64,000 bases of DNA from Octopus bimaculoides. Taxonomy: Eukaryota. Made by a program: the position numbers and the translations under genes. Positions 39,010 to 51,885 of the stretch are shown piece by piece (within the stretch, counting starts at the first letter, position 1; the number at the start of each line of letters is the position of its first letter). The notes under the pieces are model-generated. The model did not search any database and was not told the DNA's origin. It was given only the letters and a program-made list of their open reading frames with translations. The stretch lies in the NCBI RefSeq assembly GCF_001194135.2, contig NC_068990.1:4005456-4069455 (forward strand), read 5' to 3'.

Positions 39010-39300
39010 CCTATCGACTTGACTGTCAGGTGTTCTTATACGCCGCCGGTCACAATGCGTTACGTAGTCCTGTCTTAGTCATCAAATGACACACCCCGCT
39101 AGCTAGGCGGGCAGACCAAGATTCCCTCAAAATGGAACACCACTCCATCGCAGGGTTTACCAATTTACAGCTGAGTGGGCTGGAGTAACGTGAAATTAAT
39201 AGTTTTGCTCAAGAACACAACACACAACCGGTCTGGGAATCGAAAATGCGATCGTGACATCGTGTACGCAACGGCCTAACCACTAGACCACACTCCTTCT
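39010..39300 (-). mobile_element. tRNA-derived SINE, family 5 (related copy near 54400-54705)
   Basis: tRNA-like head on the minus strand (...GGTCTAGTGGTTAGGCC...TTCGATTCCCAGACC) and a shared body block tttacagctgagtgg.ctggag...tgaaat...ttttgctcaagaacacaa. Confidence 0.7.
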
Positions 39301-39949
39301 CATACATATATATATATAACAAATATATGTGAGACAAAAACGTCTTCTAGCACAAGGAAAATGCTAAGTATCTAGATGTGAAACAAAAATTAAATGTTAG
39401 AAAATAGTGAAATCCAAAATTCAATTAAAATTCCATTTCATGGGAGGTAATTCAGGATGTCATTCTTTGGACAGTACAGAGTTTCCTCCCTTAGAACGTC
39501 CCTATAAATTTAGTTCGTTGATATTGATGCACCAAAATCCTAAAGTTTATTTGTTTTAATTAGATTTTGTTTAATAATGCGAAATATAACCACTATCTTT
39601 CCACTACGTTTCTTTACTTAAATCTGAAGATAAGAGTTGCAAAGATAAGTGTACTTTTTCTTATTCGCTTTCACTAGCTGTGTCTACTCTGAGTATATAT
39701 TGCTAGCCATAGAAATTTCAAGACATACACAAACACTTACAGATATGTACAGACATACAGACAAATAGACGGACAGACGGGCAGATGGATGGAAGGATGT
39801 GACTGTATCAATCAGACTGTTGGATGTGTTTATGGGATTATGCACTCCTGGTTACAATGCGCTTCCTCGCATTCGTGTACCCTTTGAATGATGCTACTCC
39901 ACTGGCATAGTTATATATATATATATATATATACATACATACATACATA

Positions 39950-40076
39950 CTTTATTTAAAAGCAGCAGAAATATAACAAAAGCTGTAGCTCAGAGTTTCA
40001 CGTTCCTGTCCGACAAACGGGAACGTGAAACTCTGAGTTACAGCTTTTGCTATATTTCTGTTGCTTTTAAATAAAG
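39950..40076. repeat. Near-perfect 127-bp hairpin
   Basis: ctttatttaaaagcagcagaaatat...cacgttcc / ggaacgtg...atatttctgttgcttttaaataaag. Confidence 0.92.
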
Positions 40077-40145
40077 CATATTACTCTACCTCTGGTATTT
40101 GAGTACTCTTTCTTCCACCTTATTTTACATTTATGTGCATACTCC

Positions 40146-40181
<36 letters not shown>

Positions 40182-40248
40182 ACACGGAGTTTAAAATGGG
40201 AAGAAAGGAAGGGGGGGAGGAGAAAAATGTAAGAGGACAGTAAGATGA

Positions 40249-40296
<48 letters not shown>

Positions 40297-40354
40297 AAGC
40301 AATAGTAGTAGTAGTAGTAGAAGCAATAGTAGTAGTAGACAGTGCAATACTTAC

Positions 40355-40557
40355 GACATGCAATTCTGTCTTTATTGTCTATAAGGACCGTCTTCTGTGT
40401 GGACGTTGAGAAAATGTGTGACATGTTCATTGTGTTGGCATAACACAAATTAGGGTTCTTGCGGATCATGACGCTCCCTTGGTAAATATGTCGTAGAGAG
40501 TTCAGGTTTAACGATTGTAATCCCCTGCAGAAAACTACAGCCAAAGCATATCCATTT
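40355..40557 (-). CDS. EGFR-like: EGFR-like exon (end of L2): NGYALAVVFCRGLQSLNLNSLRHIYQGSVMIRKNPNLCYANTMNMSHIFSTSTQKTVLIDNKDRIAC
   Basis: Acceptor gttttatttag|A, donor TGTC|gtaagt, 203 nt, phase 2->1. Contains the L.SL.L.SL..I..G.V.I..N.NLCYANT motif of the EGFR family. Confidence 0.95.
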
Positions 40558-40739
40558 CTAAATAAAACAATAGTAATAACAATAATCTTTTCTTTATTGG
40601 TAACTAGGGCCAAACACATAAAAAAAGGGACAATACAATAGCACAAAAATATGTGTATATGATAAAAACAAAACAATTAACAAAATAAATTCAGCAATAA
40701 AATTCTGCAAAAGAAGGTAGTTCCACTCAAGGCTAACCA

Positions 40740-41620
40740 AGGAACCCCACACATCGTCCCAACTGCAAAGGGCACCTCAGCAGGTCCCACTTCCCTTCTT
40801 AACCCCTCCAGTTGGCCCATTCACACAGGCCACCCTTGCCACATTCACCCACCTTTCAGCAAAAATACTGGCTGTTGGGCAGCACTTCCTTCTCAAGTTA
40901 GACTTTCCTTTTCAAGTGGAACTTGAAAAAGTTGATGAGGGCTTGACTGAAGAGGAAAGAATCTGTCTTCAGTCCTTTCAACCTCATCCACCACACTACC
41001 TCTTTTGCTATAGCTACCAGAGGAAAGCTGCCTTCCCTCTCCTAACCAAAAGAAGATGACAGGATAATCTTCATGATGGACTTGAGTGATAGCACAATCC
41101 AGCTGTTCAACGAAGCTTCACAAGTCAGCAATGCTTGAATCCTTGATGTGTGCAGGCAGAATGGTTGCCTCACTCTACACATCTTGGACTGGTTGGTCTG
41201 ACAGCACATCCATGTCTGTAGAGCTTGTCTCGAACTGGCAGAGCTCCCTTGCAACATTACTAGGCCATGGATTTTTGGAAATTATCCATAGACCCCAGCC
41301 TCAAAGTCCTCTGGAAAACACCAACTAACAGGTCCCTCCAAATGCCAAGAGTTTCCCTGAGAATATCATCATACTTGCCCAACACTAATCCTTATAGGAC
41401 TCCAATGTGTAACTTCCACCAACCACATTGCCCAACTGGCAGAGGACTGTGAACACTTGCCAACACTCCAGATGTTAAGCACCCTTTCTTAGTCTGTGCT
41501 TGATCCAAGACTGTAGCTCTATCAATGAAATAAGCTACAGAAAATCCTATCTGACAAACAGTGACCATACCAGCTCACTGTTAAGGAAATGCATGAGATA
41601 TCACAGCCTTAGTGCATGTC
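40740..41620 (-). mobile_element. Highly decayed L1/Tx1-like LINE 3' fragment
   Basis: Frameshifted minus-strand relics SPVRDKLYR.G..., LSLKSIMKII.SSSFG.EG..., FFKFHLKRK resemble the post-RT Cys/His region. Boundaries approximate. Confidence 0.55.
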
Positions 41621-41623
41621 TGC

Positions 41624-42032
41624 ACATCCATTATGCTAGAAGAAAACCACCTATGGTCTGACCATTAAGAAGAGATTCTTCTCAAGAAAATTCAGCAAAC
41701 GCCAGAACGTAAGCAAGCAAGACAAATGAAAAGATGGTGGGTGGAGCATCGTTTCCCATTCAAACAGTTCCAGCCTTTGGAATGTCATCTTCGCTGTGTG
41801 CCCAAGCATTATCCTGATGAAAGGACACCTTTCATCTTGAAACCAAAGATGGTCATTTTCCGATAGTCATTTTCCGATGCTGGTGCCACATAAAAGCGCT
41901 CATGCCCGTGTCACATAGAAGCACTTCATTTGTCTTGCTCGCTTACGTTCTGGCGTTTGGTGAATTTTCTTGAGAACAATCTCTTCTTAGTGGTCAGACC
42001 ATAGGTGGTCTTCTTCTAGAAATAATGGATGT
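41624..42032. repeat. Inverted repeat, about 107-bp arms around a composite 194-nt spacer
   Basis: Arms 41624-41730 and 41925-42032. Confidence 0.9.
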
Positions 42033-42438
42033 CCACTTAGTGGTCATCCCTCTTATATGTATGTGTGTGTATATATATATATGTATGTGTGTGTATATAT
42101 ATGTAGTGGTTAGATGTGTATCAACGATCAACAGGCACATAAACATGTTTTCTTTATCCTGTCAAAAAGTGATTGATCATCTCCCTTTGACCTATGACCT
42201 CAGCCATGTCAGACAAAGTTCAAATGGACAGGAGCTGACCTATTTAGGTACAAACTCTGCTGTAGTATGTCTGTCCTTCTAGCTTCCACAATTATTATAA
42301 ATATGGTGGTCAACAGACAGACGAAGAGGAAGAGAAGGGCCTAGCAGCCGAACAAGCAAGGTCTACGACACGATAGCTTTTCGCATAGACCCAGAGCAAT
42401 GTTTGAAGTTCCACGGTAGACTACTGTCTCAGATAAAC

Positions 42439-42476
<38 letters not shown>

Positions 42477-43269
42477 TATTCATTTCTGACATATCATTTC
42501 CACAAATGTACCCTGTTTCTATTTCTAGCAACTCGTAGCAGTTGTCAACATTTTGCATGTAGTGAAGAATTATGTGTACCAACAACAAATTAAGTCCAGT
42601 GAATAAATTACTTTTAATTATGAATCGATTCACTCATTTGTTTACTTCAAAGGCATATACATTCCTTTTACATCTGTTTNNNNNNNNNNNNNNNNNNNNN
42701 NNNNNNNNNNNNNNNNNNNNNNNNNNNNNNNNNNNNNNNNNNNNNNNNNNNNNNNNNNNNNNNNNNNNNNNNNNNNNNNNNNNNNNNNNNNNNNNNNNNN
42801 NNNNNNNNNNNNNNNNNNNNNNNNNNNNNNNNNNNNNNNNNNNNNNNNNNNNNNNNNNNNNNNNNNNNNNNNNNNNNNNNNNNNNNNNNNNNNNNNNNNN
42901 NNNNNNNNNNNNNNNNNNNNNNNNNNNNNNNNNNNNNNNNNNNNNNNNNNNNNNNNNNNNNNNNNNNNNNNNNNNNNNNNNNNNNNNNNNNNNNNNNTAA
43001 TAAACAGATATGTATGTATTATATATATGTATAGAAACACAAACACATACACATAAACAGATATGTATGTATTATATATATGTATATGTATACACATACA
43101 CACATATATAAATAGATATGTATTATATTTATATGTGTGTGTGTGTGTGTGTGTGTGTGGGTATACTTTAATAAATTCATTAATTTATGCATAATCAGTA
43201 CTATATTTACAAGATTTTAAATGGAAGTTGTTTACTCATAGATAATGGTTATGATATATTGCTACTCAC

Positions 43270-43431
43270 AGTGTTTTCTGACCATTAATAATCTTCAGAT
43301 TCCTTAACATATGGAGACTTGTTATAGTCGGCACTGTATCCGAAATGTATAGGTAGTGGGTGATTTCTTCGATAGACATTAGTATATCCAATTTGCTGGG
43401 ACTCATTGGAGGTACATTGTAGTATCTATCC
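43270..43431 (-). CDS. EGFR-like: EGFR-like exon (L2 domain): DRYYNVPPMSPSKLDILMSIEEITHYLYISDTVPTITSLHMLRNLKIINGQKT
   Basis: Acceptor tttcactttcag|G, donor CACT|gtgagt, 162 nt, phase 2->2. EIT.YLYI and L..L.NL.II.G are L-domain motifs. Confidence 0.93.
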
Positions 43432-43799
43432 CTGAAAGTGAAATAAACATAAGTAAAATATAATACACAGCAATTTGAATGTAACTGCAAAGGAGGTTAA
43501 GTTAAACACCTACAGAATACAGAACCTCTGGCTTCCAGAAATTCAGGTTTACCAAAAAAAGCAGCTATTTTGTATGGGCAATTCTCTCACAGCTACAAGT
43601 TAAAATGTGTGAATTTATTATAATTTTTACTTATAACCATGTTTAGAAGATTAGTAGAACTGCCTTCAGATGAAGATTAGTGGATTTTGTCAACATCTTT
43701 CAAGAGTATCCTGCCAAAATATTGTAATGTTGTGGAGATAATGCAATATAGTGTACCAGGTACAGAGAAAACAGACCACTTATAAAGTTGGTTAATTTG

Positions 43800-43950
43800 C
43801 ATATAATGGAACCTGTAGGAGAGGGAGACCCAGGAAGACATGGGATGAAGTACTGAAGGATGATCTCAGGATGCTGAACCTCTCAAATGAGATGACATAG
43901 GACTAAGATACTTGGTGCTTTGTTGTACTCAAGAAGACTCATGTTTCACA
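43800..43950 (+). mobile_element. RTE LINE 3' end fragment
   Basis: GTCRRGRPRKTWDEVLKDDLRMLNL, the typical RTE C-terminal RGRP..TW motif. Confidence 0.75.
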
Positions 43951-46102
43951 GCAGAAGTGTTAAGGCCACTTCCTCTGATGAAGAGGATTGGCCTGCAAGA
44001 GTTGTGCGCCAGTGCCATATAAAAAGCATTCATGCTGGTGCCACATAAAATCACTCATGCCCGTGTCACATAGAAGCACTTGTGCCAGTGCCACATTAAA
44101 TGCAGCCAGCATAAACTGTAAAGTGGTTGGAATTAGAAAGGACATCCAGCCATAAGAACCAAGCCAAATCAGACTGGAACCTGGTGCAGTTCCTCTGCTA
44201 CCAGCTCTGGTCAAACCATTCAACCCATGGTAGCATGGACAACAAACGTTAAAGGATAACGATGATGATGGTGATGATATGTTAAAAATAGTTTAGTTCT
44301 TCACTGTTTTAAGATTAAACATACTCTGCTTTAGAAGTACATTAATGTACCTATAACTGTTAAATAAAATCCTGTTCTTCACTTTTCTTCATTTGATTTT
44401 CATCCTATAAACATTATATTGTACACATGGTACGGTATGATATATTTTAAGAATTTTAAGTGGATTCATAAATACTAACCAGACTTTGGCTATAGAAGTG
44501 TATAATTTGAATCTGTTAAATACAATTTATTTCTTTACTTTCCATAGTTTATTTTTATATTTCAACTGTTTCCAGAAACAAAAAGAAATTCAGAAATCCA
44601 AGCCACTTCTAGCCCCAAGCTTACTGGATATTTTATCTTGTACTATATTTACATTTCTCCTTATATATCATGTATATAGAGTTTTCACTGTTCAAGATCA
44701 AAGAATGCCTCTGCAAATGTATGCACTGGCTTGAGTAAGACATTTTCACGAAGACTAACAGTCACCCATGCATGTTAATCTCCTCTCTCCAAGCCGCAGT
44801 TGCTTATACAAGGGAAAAGTTAACATCACAGGCTGATATTCTATGACACCAGTGTCATTACAGGTATTGCTGTCAGAAAGCAAAGAGCTGGAACAGATAC
44901 TATGAGGCAGGGCCTCCAACCCACCAGGCTACAGACCAATACCAGCCCATGGGTCACACAGAAACAATAAATTCATCATCATCATCATCTATTTAACATC
45001 CATATTCCAAGCTGGCATAGGTTGGATGGTTTCACAGGAACTGGTAAGTCAGAAGATTGTGCCAAGCTCTACTGTCTGCTTTGGCATGGTTTCTATGGCT
45101 GGATGCCCTTCCTAAAACCAACTTCTTTACAGGGTGTATTGGATGCTTTCCACATGGCACCAGCGACAATGAAATCACCAAATAACTTGCAGGACAAGAC
45201 CCCTCAACTGGTGCAGGAGTAGTATTGAGGGACAGAAAAAGGGGTCTTGCATTAGTTATTAAATCTTATCTCTATTCTATTGACTATTGCAGTCAGCAGG
45301 GTGATCATCCAGTTCGTAGAAAAACTGTCTAGCATAAAACCAGTCCATGGTGCAAAAAAGTAGTTTAAGGACAGCTTCTGTAAGGTATCTTATCTGTCCA
45401 GCTAAGACTTCTGTCAATCTCCCACTCTGGATTGGTATTTTTACCTTCGCCAAAAGGTTAAAAGGCAAAATTGACCTCAGCAGGATTTGATCTCAGAGAG
45501 CAGGAAATTAGAACAAATAATGTGTGGCAACATATAAACGTGCCCATTCAGTGCCACATAAAAGCACCTGTGCAGTGCCACATAAAGGAACCCAGCACAC
45601 TCTGTAAGGTGGTTGGCATTAGGAAGGGCATCCAGCTGTAGAAACCAAGCCAAATCAGACTGGAACTTGGTACAGCACCCCCACCCTACCAGCTTGCCAG
45701 CTCTGGTCATACCATCAAACCCATGCCAGCATAGACAACAGACATTAAATGATGTCTTTGAAAGGATGAAAAGCAAAATTGATCTCAGTGGAATTTGAAC
45801 TCAAAACGTAAAAACGGACAAAATGCCGCTAAGCATTTAAACATTATAGCTGTAGTAAGTAACTGAACAGCTAAAGAGAAGAAAAAAAGAAAGAAAACAT
45901 AAGTTGGAATTTTTTGAGAACTTTTCTGAACAATCATTATTTATTTTGTTGTTGTTTACAATAAATGCACAATTTTTTTTAAACTGCAGCTGTTAAAACA
46001 AACTCAATATATCAACTCAGATGGGTGTGGCATTTGACACCATGTAAATAACAAATGATATTAACCATACACAAATTTTGTTGACAATAAACTTGACAAG
46101 GA

Positions 46103-46175
46103 AAAAATATAATTCTCAACATGTATATATAAAAATATAATTCTCAACATGTATATATAAAAATATAATTCTCAA
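46103..46175. repeat. 28-bp tandem repeat x2.6
   Basis: aaaaatataattctcaacatgtatatat repeated. Confidence 0.9.
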
Positions 46176-47987
46176 TGTGCTAAATAATGTTATTATACAT
46201 ATCTTGTACCATTTTTTTGTTTTTAATATTATTTTGTCCTTAAAAATTCCTAAGAACTTTTATTATGAGTGAAATTCAAAACAAATAATTTTTTTTATAT
46301 GTGGATGGCTATCTTTTTCTTTGTTTTTTTTTTCATTGCTGGTGCTGTTTGTTTTTATTTCGAACCACTTGAGTTTTAAGTGGAAGATGCAAAGCTATGT
46401 TCTATATGCAGACTTCAGCTGCACTCAGAGAAAAAAACTAGTGGAAATGCAAAAAAATGTCATTATTCAGTACAAGGCCTGTGAACTCATTTCTTCGAAC
46501 TTCAGCCTGGGTTAAAGGCACGCAGCACACTGTGAAGTGGTTGGTTAATAATATGGTTAAATGTACCCAATACACACAGACGATGTAGTGCTGAGAGGAT
46601 TCTTTAGTCTTGCCAAAGGCAAGTACAGTCTGTAAACAGGTTGGTGTTAGGAGGGCCACTTAGCCATAGAAAACCAAAATGATGAAGTGAATACTAATAT
46701 AACAAATTCCTCATAAGTATATATATCCTTCTAATATGGAAGGATGTATGCATGTGAGGAATTTGTATATATCCTTATATACAAATATGAGGATATATAT
46801 TTGTGTATAACTACTTTTTCTTAGACTATGTGTGTGTGTGTCTATATGATGTTCCTTCACTCATCGCCTGCCACCAAGCCTAGTATGTGCACTCATCCTG
46901 CACCATTTATATTAATTCTTTATATATCTTCTTTATTCTCTCCCCTCTCTCTATATATGTGTGATATAAAGCATTACTAGAAAAATCAACCAACCAACCA
47001 ACCAACCAACATTTGTATCAGCTATTATTATATAGGGACAGTTTTGATAGTGAACCATTTCATAAGTCCAGATGATACACTAATCAGTGTCTGGCTAATG
47101 TATCTCACCCAGATCTGTGACACAGGCAAGCTCTTTGTAGAGCTTCACACAATCAAAATAAAATATACACTTTTCATAATTGTGTATTGGGTCTACATTT
47201 GAACTATGGTCTTCCCATATCTATACTGGGTATATCCCATATGTATCCATGGGTGAATGTGTGTGTGTGTGTGTGTGTGTACAAAAGAAAAGGTGTTGTA
47301 AAGTGTGTTCTTCCCACTGGTGTGATGTGTGATTGCTGTTGTACTATAGTTGCTGCTTTACGCTAGTAACCACAATAGTTACTAGTCATCGGATACCATT
47401 GTATCTCTTTGTACTGGAATAGTAATACACTAACTTCACAGGACACTGACTAGAACTGTCGACTCTCAGCCGTTCAACTCTCAACCCTCTCTTGACTACC
47501 AGCTACTAATCTATTTATAATGGCTGACTCCTACCACTTTTTACCAGGAGGGATATACAGTTTCACTATATATCAAAAAGGATAAATAAACAAAGCTTCT
47601 AACAATGTAGAAAGTTTTACATAAAACCTTTATATTTCAGATGCAGAGGCCTATCTTCAGAAGGAAGCAATCCAAGAAATTTGTAGTTACATCGATCTTG
47701 TTATTTTATTTTAAACTGCTCCACATTTGGGTTAGCAGCAACTCTCCAACTGTTAGTTGTATTCATTGTGATGTAAGGCATTTAGTATACTATTCTACCA
47801 TTTTCTCATTCCACTGTTCATTTGGTGAAAATTATGTGAATTTGTCTCTAGCTGTTCATTTCTTTCTCATACCACAACCTTTCTTCAACTCTTTTCTTTT
47901 ATAATCAAGAACTAGTTTACTTAGCAACAAAACAATTATATTCAAATTCCTCTTATGAATGGCAAGTAGAGATTTTACTACACTTAC

Positions 47988-48093
47988 CCTTTAAATGTAG
48001 CCTCAACTATAGCAATGTGACCCCTCACGACTACACAGTCTTTCAGTATATCAATGTTTCCTGCATGAACGAAATCCTCTTCAAATACACATT
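47988..48093 (-). CDS. EGFR-like: EGFR-like exon (start of L2/domain III): ECVFEEDFVHAGNIDILKDCVVVRGHIAIVEATFKG
   Basis: Acceptor tattttcacag|AA, donor AAGG|gtaagt, 106 nt, phase 1->2. NI..LK.C.VV.G.I.I is a receptor L-domain signature. Confidence 0.93.
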
Positions 48094-48923
48094 CTGTGAA
48101 AATATATAACATAAAGACTGATTGAAAATTATCAAAGATTGAGAAAGGCTGAATGACAAAATATAATGGTAAATAGCATGACAGGAAACACAAAGTGTGG
48201 CTGAAAAGTGTGAAAGAATGAGGAACATCAAATAACAAAATATATATGAATGAGTATATATCTGCTTGCCTGTTTGTATGTGTGTACATGTATAATATAT
48301 ATATATGTGAGGCTTGGACAGAAAACACTTTCCAATGTACTCTGCTGTGGATATCATGTATGGAAAGAGTGTGTGGTAAGAGGTCTGCTTCCCAACCACA
48401 TGGTTCCAGGTTCAATGCACTGCATGACACCTTGAGCAAGTGTCTTCTTTTATAGCCTCAGGTCAACCAAGCATTGAGAATGGATTTGGTAGATAGGAAC
48501 TGAAAGAAGCCTGTGTGTGTGTGTGTGTGTGTGTGAGTCCGTGTGTGTAAATAAATAAATAAATATATATAATATATATATTTNNNNNNNNNNNNNNNNN
48601 NNNNNNNNNNNNNNNNNNNNNNNNNNNNNNNNNNNNNNNNNNNNNNNNNNNNNNNNNNNNNNNNNNNNNNNNNNNNNNNNNNNNNNNNNNNNNNNNNNNN
48701 NNNNNNNNNNNNNNNNNNNNNNNNNNNNNNNNNNNNNNNNNNNNNNNNNNNNNNNNNNNNNNNNNNNNNNNNNNNNNNNNNNNNNNNNNNNNNNNNNNNN
48801 NNNNNNNNNNNNNNNNNNNNNNNNNNNNNNNNNNNNNNNNNNNNNNNNNNNNNNNNNNNNNNNNNNNNNNNNNNNNNNNNNNNNNNNNNNNNNNNNNNNN
48901 NNNNNNNNNNNNNNNNNNNNNNN

Positions 48924-49127
48924 TTTCGTGCGGGTGACACGTAAAAGCACCCACTACACTCTCTGAGTGCTTGGCGTTAGGAAGGGCATCCAGCTGTAGA
49001 AACTCTGCCAAATCAGACTGGAGCCTGGTGTTGCCATCCGGTTTCACCAGTCCTCAGTCAAATCGTCCAACCCATGCTAGCATGGAAAGCAGACGTTAAA
49101 CGATGATGATGATGATGATGATGATGA
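48924..49127 (+). mobile_element. SINE family 3, (GAT)n-tailed (...GGCGTTAGGAAGGGCATCCAGCTGTAGAAAC...CATGGAAAGCAGACGTTAAACGATGATG)
   Basis: Many further copies in both orientations near 3420-3640, 5000-5175, 6600-6960, 7870-8190, 15575-15750, 22250-22800, 43990-44280, 44975-45230, 45540-45760, 49510-49700 and 60410-60600. Confidence 0.88.
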
Positions 49128-49364
49128 TATATATACATGCACACACATATAGGTCATATCTGCCTGTATCAGTTGGCAGAATCATTAGCATACTGGACAA
49201 AATGCTTAACAGCATTTTGTTCATTTTTGGTGATTTGTTGTGGTGTCACCCACAACCAACTGGACCCAGAAGTGGAGCAAGATTATAACTCGCAAGATAT
49301 AAACAATTTAAAACAAATTCAGGAAGAAAAGAGAATTGCAAGAAAGGAGTAAATATTCGGTTAC

Positions 49365-49481
49365 CTTTTGGACACTTTTTGCATGGCTCACAGACATTTG
49401 TGGAATATTGGTCAGTTTTGACGGATGATGTTCCTTCAGGGCATGATAAGACACATGTATCACCATATCGAGAAGTGTAAG
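49365..49481 (-). CDS. EGFR-like: EGFR-like exon (domain II C-terminal modules): (A)YTSRYGDTCVLSCPEGTSSVKTDQYSTNVCEPCKKCPK
   Basis: Not in the ORF track. Acceptor gttattttacag|CT, donor AAAG|gtaacc, 117 nt, phase 1->1, open frame joining both neighbours, pattern C-x3-CP...C-x2-C-x2-CP. Confidence 0.92.
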
Positions 49482-49879
49482 CTGTAAAATAACAACAGCT
49501 GATTATTTATATTTGGCACATAAAAAGCACCCAGCAAATTTTGTTAAATGGTTGGCGATAGGAGGGGCATCCAGCTGTAGAAACCACGCCACAACAGACA
49601 GCTAGAGTCTGGACAGCTCCCTGCAAGCCAGCTCCATGTCAAACTGTCCAACCTATGCCACCATGGAAAACAGATGTTAAACAATGTTGATGATGAGTAG
49701 AAATGAAATCACAGCAGGATATAAGACCTTAATTTGAAATCACATAGTTTTAACTTGTTACTTATTGGTTAAAAGATGTTCTTGTATTTATCTTTTCATG
49801 AGCCTGTTTGACAAACTCATTGAGAAAGTTAAATTCATAAGCAATCTATTCAATTCACAGAAACCAAAATGAACACTGG

Positions 49880-50372
49880 GGTGAGGCAACAAACTCGATT
49901 TTATGCCTGTTCTCACTTGAAGTCATGAATGTTGGATAACGACTAAAAGGGTACAATCATGAATACGAGTAACCCAAATGGGGTTTCTTTGAAGGATCTC
50001 TAGGGTAACATTACTCAACAAGGTGTGTAGCTTGAAGATCAGGTAGTCTCTCCAGGTTGAGCCACTATTTCTCCACAAAAAGAGGTCACAGCTCTGGTAC
50101 TATGGTCATGTGATTAGAATGTCACAGGAAAGAATGGCAAGACAAATTCCTCAAGCTATGCCAACTGGCAGAAGCCCTAGAGGTAGACCAAGAATGAGAT
50201 GGTTGGATAATATCCATAATCTCAATTGGTCATGCTTGGGAGTCCAGCCAGAAAGTCTAATGATGATTGTTTCTGAGAGGATCCTATGGCGGAGGTACCT
50301 GAGGGCCCTCTACTGCAATGATTCACACAGGAGTAGTGGACAGAAGAGATGGATGGATGAATGGATGGTGAA
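49880..50372 (+). mobile_element. RTE LINE 3' end fragment with (GGAT)n tail
   Basis: QLWYYGHVIRMSQERMARQI.QAMPTGRSPRGRPRMRWLDNI, then a short UTR and tggatggatgaatggatg. Confidence 0.85.
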
Positions 50373-51490
50373 GTGATAATAAAGTCATGACATGGCTGTG
50401 TGGTTATGAAGTTTACTTTACAACTTCATTGTTTCAGGTTCAATCCCACTATGTACAACATGCACCATTGCCTCTACATTGACCAAAGTTTTGCAAGTGA
50501 AATTTAGTCAATGTAAACCTGTCTTGAGAAGTAAAACTTAAATTGCCACCAGGTTTAAGACCATCACTTGGCCCTTTAGTGGACCTTATGGAGGTGCAAG
50601 TAGTCAAGCTAGGTCTCCAGGTTGAGGATAAACTCTCCCTTCCTTTCATCAGTCTTAGGAGCTCTGTAAAGAGCTGTGTACAATGCCCCCTGTCCTCTGA
50701 CTATGCAATGAAGAAAAAGAAAACAATAATTTGATTCTGAATGTCAACCATTCATTCATTCAGCAGGACACAAAGTAACTCCAACTGGAGGAACCCTTCT
50801 CTTGACAGTGCTTACCACCATCTGTTTCATGCTGAAATTTATTTCAATGATCTGCTTTACTCACCAAGCTAGGCCTATTGGTTGGTGAAAATGATTTTCA
50901 GGCATTTAGGTGGAATTTAACTCAGAACATAGAGAGGTGGAATAAAATACCACAAGGCATCAAAGCTGAGATTCTTACAGTTTTACCAATCCACCACCCT
51001 GCTACCCTGAATTGATTTATTGACTCCAAAAGTATGAAAGGCAAAGTTTAGATCAGCAGGATTTAATCACAGAACACAAAGAACCAGAACAAATAACACA
51101 AGATTTTCTATCCAATATTCTTATGACCCAGATATTTCAACATATGATTAAACAAGGTCTTTGCATTATTAAAAACGTTTTCAAATGCTAAACGCTATTG
51201 TTATAGTAAAACCACTTAGATTTCTGTTTATCAGCAAATTTTCAATGGAATATTATTTTCCAAGGACATAATGCAATACTCCTCATAGAAATAAAATCCA
51301 CAGTTTGTGACTTCATACAATTAACCACTCAAAATTTTGTTCTTTAATTTTGTTGCAAAGAATGTTGAAAAATATTTGTTTTGAAATTTGACATTTAAAT
51401 AAATTTCAGAGTTGTACTTCTCTAGCAAGTGATTTGATCTGATATTGAGGGTTGAAAGTGAAGCAACTACACTGTGCAAGAGCCATTTGA

Positions 51491-51711
51491 CCCTTTAGCC
51501 TTTAACCTGGCCATATCCAGCCAAGATATTTCATCTGTTTTACATTCAAACTGACCAAAGCTGGCCACTCACACCAACCCTACAATATAATCCTAAAAAT
51601 TAATGGTTACCTCATCGAAATTCCAAAACTACAAGATAAATGTAAGATTAATTCAAAACAATGTGAATAAATAAAAATTACTTTTGACAGGATAAGGCAA
51701 ATGCTAAAGGG
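51491..51711. mobile_element. piggyBac-like MITE (related copies near 9434-9594 and 25390-25560)
   Basis: TIRs CCCTTTAGC.TTT / AAATGCTAAAGGG, flanked by degenerate TTAA (TTGA, TTAG). Confidence 0.7.
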
Positions 51712-51885
51712 TTAGTAACATACAAAGTTGTTAAGTTCAAAGTTACAGTTATACAGATGTGTAATGAAAATTTTAACAACTTATGAAATAAATTTAAAGT
51801 GAATAAAGAGTTTTGTGTGTTCTTAATTGGCTCTTCCATGATGTTATTACCATTTAAACAATATGAAAAATGTTTTTGTCATTAC

